In this document: piece by piece, positions 22,219-31,406 of the stretch
How the letters are laid out: every line of letters begins with the position of its first letter
Position numbering within the stretch: the first letter of the stretch is position 1
NCBI GenBank assembly: GCA_030141605.1
Contig: JAQGDQ010001638.1
Span: 1 to 31,406 of the forward strand
Reading direction: 5' to 3'
DNA length: 31,406 nt
DNA from: Tubiluchus corallicola
Taxonomy: Eukaryota > Animalia > Priapulida
The notes under the pieces: model-generated
What the model was told of the DNA's origin: nothing
The model's database searches: none
Seen by the model: the letters and a program-made list of their open reading frames with translations, nothing else
Translations under genes and position numbers: made by a program

Positions 22219-22499
22219 ATGATGTATGAAACATTTCACTATTGACTTCACAACGTCAACAGCGCCTCTGGTGGATGATGTACGAAACATTTCACTATTG
22301 ACTTCACAACGTCAACAGCGCCTCTGGTGGATGATGTACGAAACATTTCACTATTGACTTCGCAACGTCAACAGCGCCTCTGGTGGATGATGTACGAAGC
22401 ATTTCACTATTGACTTCACAACGTCAACAGCGCCTCTGGTGCATGATGTACGAAACATTTCACTATTGACGTCGCAACGTCAACAGCGCCCCTGATGGA
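22219..22499. repeat. 56-bp minisatellite (5 copies)
   Basis: gatgtacgaaacatttcactattgacttcacaacgtcaacagcgcctctggtggat at 22221, 22277, 22333, 22389 and 22445. Confidence 0.96.
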
Positions 22500-22888
22500 C
22501 GGTAATCATAATAATATCCTTGAGGGCTCTTTGAAACTTACTTATTTGAATAATAGATTATTCAAGAGGAGATAAAAGACAATCGCATGTTCACACACCA
22601 CAATCAGTTAACGGAAATTGTCATATATAAGTCTGTTTGATTAGATTCCTCATTTAATAACAACCAGTTTGGCATATAAGTTTATTTATTTCCACTCTGC
22701 ATCTAACAGTTATAATAAAAATACAGATAATTTCATTCATGTATTGTTATTACTATCATAATCTAAATTTTAGCACTTCTAAATTTTGGTTTTTTAATTG
22801 AGATCTTCTCTTCCTCAATGGAACACACAATAGGCCCAGTTTAGTGTTTGCAGCTAAAAGCACAGATAAGGGCAAGTTATACCTGTGG

Positions 22889-23853
22889 TACAAAGAACAT
22901 GCTCTGGTTGGAAAGGACTTCTTACCATCTGCAATACAAAGACGTGATCTGGTTGGAAAAGACATCTTAGCATCTGCAATATAAAGAACATGATCTGGTT
23001 GGAAAGGACATCTTAGCATCTGCTATATAAAGAACATGATCTGGTTGGAAAGGACATCTTAGCATCTGCAATATAAAGAACATGATCTGGTTGGAAAGGA
23101 CATCTTAGCATCTGCTATATAAAGACCATGATCTGGTTGGAAAGGACATCTTAGCATCTGCAATACAAAGACGTGATCTGGTTGGAAAAGACATCTTAGC
23201 ATCTGCAATATAAAGAACGTGATCTGGTTGGAAAGGACATCTTAGCATCTGCTATATAAAGAACATGATCTGGTTGGAAAGGACATCTTAGCATCTGCAA
23301 TATAAAGAACATGATCTGGTTGGAAAGGACATCTTAGCATCTGCTATATAAAGAACATGATCTGGTTGGAAAGGACATCTTAGCATCTGCAATACAAAGA
23401 CGTGATCTGGTTGGAAAAGACATCTTAGCATCTGCAATATAAAGAACGTGATCTGGTTGGAAAGGACATCTTAGCATCTGCTATATAAAGAACATGATCT
23501 GGTTGGAAAGGACATCTTAGCATCTGCAATACAAAGACGTGATCTGGTTGGAAAAGACATCTTAGCATCTGCAATATAAAGAACGTGATCTGGTTGGAAA
23601 GGACATCTTAGCATCTGCTATATAAAGAACATGATCTGGTTGGAAAGGACATCTTAGCATCTGCAATACAAAGACGTGATCTGGTTGGAAAAGACATCTT
23701 AGCATCTGCAATATAAAGAACGTGATCTGGTTGGAAAGGACATCTTAGCATCTGCTATATAAAGAACATGATCTGGTTAGAAAGGACATCTTAGCATCTG
23801 CAATACAAAGACGTGATCTGGTTAGAAAGGACATCTTAGCATCTGCAATACAA
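22889..23853. repeat. 45/46-bp minisatellite (~21 copies), with decayed units continuing to ~23990
   Basis: Unit gatctggttggaaaggacatcttagcatctgc(a/t)atataaagaacat. Confidence 0.97.
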
Positions 23854-24439
23854 GGAACACATTCTGACAAAATAGACCAACTTAAAATTTGCAATACGAA
23901 GAGGAAATTCTAGTAAAAAGCTATACTTAGTGAAAGCTATACAAAGAACACACTCTAGTGAAAAGAACAACTTAGTGTCTGCAAAGAACACGTATTGCCT
24001 TTGATGGACCTGCACCTGCCATGATAGAAGACAATTGTCGTGCATTAGCTTTACAAAAACCACAGATATTTTCACACAAAAGCTCCATCCACCAGATCCC
24101 TGTTTGACAAGTTTTATGCAAGAGTGATTCTATTTGCTGCAAATTAGTCGACCGTATCACCTGCCGGCGAGTCGGAACATTAAAGAGAAGCTGCCAGCGG
24201 AGTGATAAGATGGCTTCCCATCAGACATGATTAATAAAGCAAATAGGAAGCCTATTTGCAGAAGCTGGGACGTAATTAAGTGATGATGATTAAGAGGGTT
24301 GCTCACTGTTATCCGCAATATCCGCCTCCGCATTTACAGGGATGCTACTGTTTGCATCCTTAATTGATACTTGCATGATACTGGTGATAGTGATGGCGAC
24401 AGCGTCGACGACATTGGCACTGGCGAGTGAATTTTCATG

Positions 24440-25145
24440 CCATAAATGATATTAAGGAACGTAGTCGCAATAGTAGTGGTGTTAGTAGTAGAAGAAGAAG
24501 AAAATGATGATGTGATGACAACAGTGGTGACAGTGACAATAGTGGTGACTGGATTTGAATTATAATGATGATGAGGGCGACGACGATAGTGATAATGACA
24601 AACTGCGAAGAAGTTGACGATACAGCGACTATGAAGACAATGATAACGATGCTGTTGATGGTGATGACGCTATGACGATGATGATTATTATGATGATGAT
24701 GATGGTGGTGGTGGTGGTGGCGATGATGAAGGTGATGATGATGATGATGATTATGATTATGATGATGATGATGATGGTGACGACGATGACGATGACGATG
24801 TTGATGATGAACCAACCTAAACTAAGACAAACCAAGCAAAAGCAAACCAAAATCAAACCAGGCCAAGTCAAGCCAATCAAAGAAAGCAAAACAGCGTGTT
24901 AAAACCGGTCGTTCGTTAGTTCCATTCGTTCGTTCGTTCGTTCGTTCGTTCGTTCGTCGGTCCGTTCATTCGTTCGTTCATTCATTCGTTCTAGTGTTAG
25001 TTGCTCCACAATTTTGTTCACTGGATCAATTGTTATCTATATCATTTGTTCGTTCGTTCGTCTGTCCGTTCATTCGTTCGTTCATTCATTCGATCTATTG
25101 TTAGTTGTTCCACAATTTTGTTCAGTGGGTCAATTGTTATCTATA
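24440..25145. repeat. Low-complexity cluster: (GAT/GGT/GAC)n, (TTCG)n and a ~45-bp segment duplicated at ~102-bp spacing
   Basis: Direct reading; tgttagttg(c/t)tccacaattttgttca at ~24996 and ~25098. Confidence 0.85.
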
Positions 25146-25629
25146 CCATTTTCTAGATTACTTAATATCAAAATTAAAGAAAAAAATGAAAAGGAGTCGA
25201 AGGTAGTGTGCTTGACGACATTATGTTATGTTTCAGTTATTACTTAATCACAGTCAAGCCAAACATCATGTTGCGTTGCACTCGTTACTTAATCACACTA
25301 GTGCAATAAACTTGGCTTAACTGTGTCCAGGGAAGGGTTGTATTAAGGAAAATACTTGCAATAAACTAGGATGTAGAATAGCGAAATCACCAGAGCGGCA
25401 ATGAAGTCAGTCGTAAAGCGAGAAGAGTTCCCATATTGCAACGTACTAAAAATGTTTTCTTCTTCAAAGTACCTTCTTCACTGTTGATTGACCAATGGCA
25501 GGTGACTTGTGTTTGCACAGTCTAAGGCATATAGTTCCATTTACTTGTAAATACCTCAATTAAGGTATGATGGTGGTAGTTGATTAATACGTAGCTTGTT
25601 TAATAGTTGTATCAGTGTAAAACAATATA

Positions 25630-26400
25630 CGACACTGACAGCATCAGCAGCAGCAACAATGCACTGACAACGACGATGATGATGACCTTGACCACGATGA
25701 TAATGGCAATGACAACAGCGACAGTAGCAGTGGCACCAGCTAAAGCTCCGGCTGCAACAGTAACAATAGTCAAATGACTAACCAACAACGACAATGACCA
25801 GCATGATGACAATGACAACAGCAACAGTAGCAGCAGTAACAGCTGCGGCAGCAACAACAACAACAACCAACTGACTAACCAACAACGACAATGACCAGCA
25901 TGATGATAATGCCAAGAGCAACAGTAGCAGCAGTAACAGCTGCGGCAGCAACAACAACAATAACCAACTGACTAACTAACGACAACGATGTTCACCTTGA
26001 CTATAATGATAACACCAACGACAACTGCAACAGCAGCAGTAGTGCCAGCAGCAGTAGTAGCAGCAACAATATCCGACTGACAAGTCAAAAAAAGACGGTG
26101 ATGACCTTTGCAATAATGACAACAACAGCAACAGTAGCAGCTGCAACAAGTCAACTGACTAACAAACGACAACAATGACCACCATAATGATAGTGATAAC
26201 GACAACAGCAACAGTAACAGCTAATAACAACAACAACGAATGACGATGATAATGACCTTGACGATAACAACAATGACGTCAGCAACAAGTGCAACAGAAA
26301 CGACAACTGAAAACTGTTGCCCTTGTCGTTGTAGTTACCGTCATAGCCGCCGTCATCGTCATTGATTAGGTTGTTATTGTTGTGGCCACAGCTGTGGATG
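25630..26400. repeat. Cryptic (CAA/CAG/GAC)n low-complexity tract with a ~99-bp internal duplication
   Basis: Direct reading; ctaaccaacaacgacaatgaccagcatg occurs twice (~25778, ~25875). Confidence 0.85.
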
Positions 26401-26775
26401 TTGCTACCAAAAACTGCAGCTCTGAATTACATTAAAGACTATGATGGAGACAGCGACAGCGTTAGCACTGTAGAAACGTTCCATACAGTGCAGCGGAAAT
26501 GCACAAAACGAAAACCAACAGACAAAATGAAATGAGGAAAAGTAACAGTTTGTTTTTAAGAAAGTAACAAAAACAACGAAAGAAACTAAAGGACGAATTA
26601 AGAACAGTCTTTCATCAGACAAATGCGGCGCCCTCTGCCTTTGATTAAATTAATTACTGCAATCAGCGGTGTCTGGAAATAGGCGTGTTGGGTTGCCTGA
26701 CATGACAGTGATCTATCAGACAAAGTGGCGAAACAAATTGAAGTTTTCTCAACGTTTCAGCAATAGATCTAAGAA

Positions 26776-27787
26776 AGTGATCTTTCCACGCTTGTAAGGA
26801 GCTAGACAAGGTTCCATTCTGAAGCCACAACTGTTTTGTGTTTTAACGTAAACCAGATGATTAGGAAACGAGTGTTAGTGATCTTTCCACGATTGTAGGG
26901 AGCTAGACAAGGTTGCATTCTGAAGCCACAACTGTTTTGTGTTTTAACGTAAACCAGATGATTAGGAAACGAGTGTTAGTGATCTTTCCACGCTTGTAGG
27001 GAACTAGACAAGGTTGCATTCTGAAGCCACAACTGTTTTGTGTTTTAACGTAAACCAGGTGATTAGGAAACGAGTGTCAGTGATCTTTCCACGCTTGTAG
27101 GGAACTAGACAAGGTTCCATTCTGAAGCCACAACTGTTTTGTGTTTTAACGTAAACCAGATGATTAGGAAACGAGTGTTAGTGATCTTTCCACGCTTGTA
27201 GGGAGCTAGACAAGGTTGCATTCTGAAGCCACAACTGTTTTGTGTTTTAACGTAAACCAGATGATTAGGAAACGAGTGTTAGTGATCTTTCCACGCTTGT
27301 AGGGAGTTAGACAAGGTTCCATTCTGAAGCCACAACTGTTTTGTGTTTTAACGTAAATCAGATGATTAGGAAAGGAGTGTTAGTGATCTTTCCATGCTTG
27401 TAGGGAGCTAGACAAGGTTGCATTCTGAAGCCACAACTGTTTTGTGTTTTGACGTGAACCAGGTGATTAGGAAACGAGTGTTAGTGATCTTTCCACGCTT
27501 GTAGGGAGCTAGACAAGGTTCCATTCTGAAGCCACAACTGTTTTGTGTTTTAACGTAAACCAGATGATTAGGAAACGAGTGTTAGTGATCTTTCCACGCT
27601 TGTAGGGAGCTAGACAAGGTTCCATTCTGAAGCCACAACTGTTTTGTGTTTTAACGTAAACCAGATGATTAGGAAACGAGTGTTAGTGATATTTCCACGC
27701 TTGTAGGGGGCTAGACAAGGTTCCATTCTGAAGCCACAACTGTTTTGTGTTTTAACGTAAACCAGATGATTAGGAAACGAGATGTTT
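26776..27787. repeat. 101-bp minisatellite (10 copies)
   Basis: gtgatctttccacgcttgtagggagctagacaagg... at 26777, 26878, 26979 ... 27686. Confidence 0.98.
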
Positions 27788-28099
27788 ATTTTCTTTTTAG
27801 CAAAAAGAGTTCAATAGAAAGCAGGGGATCTAAGACTACTGAGATTTTTCATCCAGCTTGACACATCCAATATTCAGAATTAGATGGTGGTTGGTGTTCG
27901 TGATTGTCACAGGACCGGAATCTGGTTAATTATTGAGGGTACTTCAGAGTAAACATCTGAAATGAAATGCTAAACCTTTAGAGGATATAGAACCTCCCTG
28001 ACAGAAGGAAATTTCCTGCGGTGGTGTGGTAGACGGAACCACCTGGAAGCAGTCGCTAAGCGTGGGTGAGATGAACGGAGCAGGCTTTGTGAAGGCTAC

Positions 28100-28300
28100 G
28101 ATGACTGTGATGTTAATGCTGTTGTTGATGACGATGATGGTAATGATGATGATGATGATGATGGTGATTATGATGATGATGATTATGATGATGGTGATGA
28201 TGAAGACGATAATGATGATGACGATGGTGACGATGATGGTGATGGTGATGGCGATGATGATGATGATGATGATGACGTTGATGATGATGATGATGATAAC
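28100..28300. repeat. Degenerate (GAT)n microsatellite
   Basis: Direct reading. Confidence 0.92.
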
Positions 28301-28995
28301 AACGAAGTTGATCACTATGGTTGGCTTTTTTTCTGGCATAATCTCTCCATCTTGTGGTCACCTTTGCACTTAATTTCATTTAATCAAGCGAGTGACGATA
28401 AACAGAGGAATTACTATAATCCTGCTAATTAAATATTTTCACGAAATCTTTCTTCTCCGTATCGTTAAAGTTTATATCAAGTTCCTTTCAAATCACCTTC
28501 ATTTGAACGATGAATGGCCGCTTTAATTAATTTAGACTTATTAACTATGGCATAATGTCATCATTAAATCATCCAGACATCTCATTTACGCATGAATTAT
28601 GATTGTTTGTGACATGATTTATGCGCAGGCAGTCTGTTGTGTAACGAAGCTAATTAATTCTTCGTATTTTAATGAATTGGCCCTGTCACTATCAGCCCGA
28701 TAATTCACACGACGCAGATGAAATGAAGAAAATTCTTGCATTTCTGAAGGTGACATTAAACCCAGTGTTGCCAGTCACTGCTGATTGGACAATAATTCTT
28801 TTTGTGATAATTCTGGGTGTGTGTATCGCACTATAAACATCCAAAATGTGAAATGGCATACCACTTAAAAATGCGCGTAGAGCACAGAAAAATCTAATCT
28901 GTGCAGGCATATTATAGGGTATTTAAACTGTAGGTGACGTAAACTGCCTGTGGTGTGTTAAAAAAGTAATTACTGAGTCTTATACACGTGTGTGC

Positions 28996-29460
28996 TTAAA
29001 GCACAAGAAAACGCTTCACTTACACAAAGCTTAAGAAATTCGTCTTGAAATTTTATATCACTTACGCAGTGCCTTTTTGTATACAAGACTTGCGTCGGCA
29101 GTAACACTGTATAACAGTTGCAAATTTGAACTCCCGCGATGACCTTTAGGCGTAGCCATTTTAATCGTAGGTCGTTTGAAACAAGTTTAGATAACATGGT
29201 GTGAAGTTAGTTTGAAAAAATCAGAGCATTCGTAGTGCACACGTCACTAACTAAGCAAAATTTTAAATTACTGTATCTTGTCAATAAGATTAAAAATACG
29301 TTTTAGCTAGTGTGTGGTGCACCCTGGAGGATGAGTCAGCGCCATTTTACAAATTAGTGAAAGCATTTTAAATAATTAATATTTTTCTTTTCTTGTCCAC
29401 ACAAGTCTTTCAGTCAGGTAAGCAAAATGCTAAGCAATATAGATTTGCATGGAAAGTTTT
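28996..29460 (+). mobile_element. Family D element (TTAA|AGCACAAGAA terminus; Kolobok-like)
   Basis: Most contiguous copy of a repeat also seen at ~17040-17493, ~20900-22195 and ~30140-30404. The right boundary is approximate. Confidence 0.65.
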
Positions 29461-29737
29461 TTGGGGCATAGTTCACCATTTTCTTTTCTTCCCGTGATTT
29501 ACGTTGTGCGTGTATGACGTCACGTAATGGCACGGTCTGAACAGTAATGCGGGAGATTTAAAATGAAAAGAAATAAAAAATCCTTTCAACGCGAGTACGA
29601 CGCCCACGCATAAAATTGTTGTGAAACAATATTATTTTTTAAAGGCGATTTTTCTGAAACCGACATTAGGTATCCGTTTTCTTGTCCTTTAATGTGTGAT
29701 AAGATAGTGTGAGGGCAGTCATTATCATAAGTTAGCT

Positions 29738-29790
<53 letters not shown>
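29738..29790. repeat. (GAT)n microsatellite
   Basis: Direct reading. Confidence 0.97.
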
Positions 29791-29791
<1 letters not shown>

Positions 29792-30139
29792 TTAACTTTA
29801 TTAATTTCAATTAACTTTTAAGACTTAATTAACTTTGGATTAAGGCATCAGTTGTGTGGTCTAGTCCTGAGTGTGTTTTGAGACCAAAGATATTAAAGCC
29901 GACAACACGCTGTTTAAAAACAAGAAGAAAATGCAAAATTATTCTCGATTTTTTTTTGTAAAAATTGATTGAATAATGTTTTTTTTGGTTTATCGAATGT
30001 CTAACAAACGACGCAAAGGCAAAGCTGGAAGGGGGATTCCAAAGCATATCCCAAAAAACTTTCCAGACAAACTTAAATTTATTTGGAAAAGAAAGTTCTT
30101 AATAATTTAAAATGTTCATATAACATGGTAAAACGACTC

Positions 30140-30404
30140 TGCATCGCCATCCCAGTGTGCACCACTGACTCACCAAAAAAACACATTATTGACTGGAATG
30201 CTCTGATTATTTCTCAAAACTTTATGCAATGCTGTTTAGACTTGTTAAATGGCTACGCCTAACGGACATTGCGGGAGTTGAAATTAAAATTTTCATACAG
30301 CATTCCTGCTAACGCAAGCCCTGTATGCAATAAGACGGCACATAAGCAATATAAAAGGTGATTTTTTAAACATTTTTATGGCGAGGGTTTTCTTCATCTT
30401 TTAG
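30140..30404 (-). mobile_element. Family D fragment, inverted relative to 28996-29460
   Basis: gaatgctctgatt, aaatggctacgcctaa and gcgggagtt are reverse complements of motifs in 29000-29330. Confidence 0.6.
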
Positions 30405-30598
30405 TTACAATAATGTACCGAACACAGATAATGAAATCAAACAGCCAAATTAAAACAAATAACAGCGCATGCGCAATCGTATAATCATCACATACACGTG
30501 TTTGACATTTCGACAGCTCGGTGTTTCAGCATCAAGCAGACTTAATGGTTATACAGCTGTTATTTGATTTTCAATCATTTGCATCTGTTATCGAGTCC

Positions 30599-30755
30599 TA
30601 CATAAGCTTGTCAATGGCTTCATCCAGGATTGCCACCCACAGGAGAAGGTACATAAGCTTGTCAATGGCTTCATCCTGCATTGCCACCCACTGGAGAAGG
30701 GCATAAGCTTGTCAATGGCTTCATATAGGGTTGCCACTCTCTATAGAAAGATCAT
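30599..30755. repeat. ~51-bp tandem repeat (3 copies)
   Basis: cataagcttgtcaatggcttcat at 30601, 30652 and 30702. Confidence 0.9.
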
Positions 30756-31079
30756 AACATTTTCAGGTGCTATAAACTGGCATAGAGTTTGCACTTTGGA
30801 TTCTGACGTTTTTCCAATGAAGCCAGTGCGATCAAGACTGATTCTGTATTGATTTGTAAATTGTTCTGTCATTGGTCAATTTAAAAGTCAAAGAGTTAAG
30901 ATGCTATCATTTATACATATGTTTCTTTACTAATCTTTAATTTACTATTATTATATTATCTGACTTTACACTTCATTGCTTTACTTTATCCAAACCTTTT
31001 CTCCCTCACTTTACCTCATCTCACCTTACGTCAGTTTACTGCACCTCACCTTACTTACATTACCTTAACTTCACTTTAT

Positions 31080-31406
31080 TTTGCTTTGATTTGCTTTGAT
31101 TTACTTTACTTTACTTTACTTTACTTTACTTTACTTTACTTTACTTTACTTTACTTTACTTTACTTTACTTTACTTTACTTTACTTTACTTTACTTTACT
31201 TTACTTTACTTTACTTTACTTTACTTTACTTTACTTTACTTTACTTTACTTTACTTTACTTTACTTTACTTTACTTTACTTTACTTTACTTTACTTTACT
31301 TTACTTTACTTTACTTTACTTTACTTTACTTTACTTTACTTTACTTTACTTTACTTTACTTTACTTTACTTTTACTTTACTTTACTTTACTTTTACTTTA
31401 CTTTAC
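31080..31406. repeat. (TTTAC)n pentanucleotide microsatellite running to the window end
   Basis: Direct reading. Confidence 0.98.

Noticed and set aside
27907-27956. Minus-strand terminal exon candidate DVYSEVPSIINQIPVL* with a tyrosine motif
   Set aside because: Too short, and no supporting upstream exons could be identified.
31080-31406. Telomeric repeat at the window end
   Set aside because: (TTTAC)n is not a known animal telomere motif (TTAGGG/TTAGG), and it grades out of degenerate cttac/ctttg pentamers like an ordinary microsatellite.

Overview
AT-rich, repeat-dominated non-coding eukaryotic (animal) DNA. The 5S-derived sequence resembles lophotrochozoan 5S rRNA as I recall it, which is only a tentative taxonomic hint. 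No complete protein-coding gene is visible, and almost all long ORFs in the track are translations of tandem repeats or microsatellites. The window holds about 10 unrelated minisatellite arrays (46-122 bp units), long microsatellites and several TTAA-flanked MITE families (piggyBac-like and Kolobok-like). The most notable elements are: (1) two inverted copies of a ~0.5 kb SINE with a 5S rRNA head, an RTE-LINE-like body, a (CAA)n tail and target-site duplications; (2) a foldback element carrying a tRNA-like cloverleaf; (3) an orphan SLC22-type transporter exon fragment lacking MFS motif A; (4) a degenerate ubiquitin-like reading frame. Family assignments come from pattern recognition and recalled consensus sequences, not database searches.
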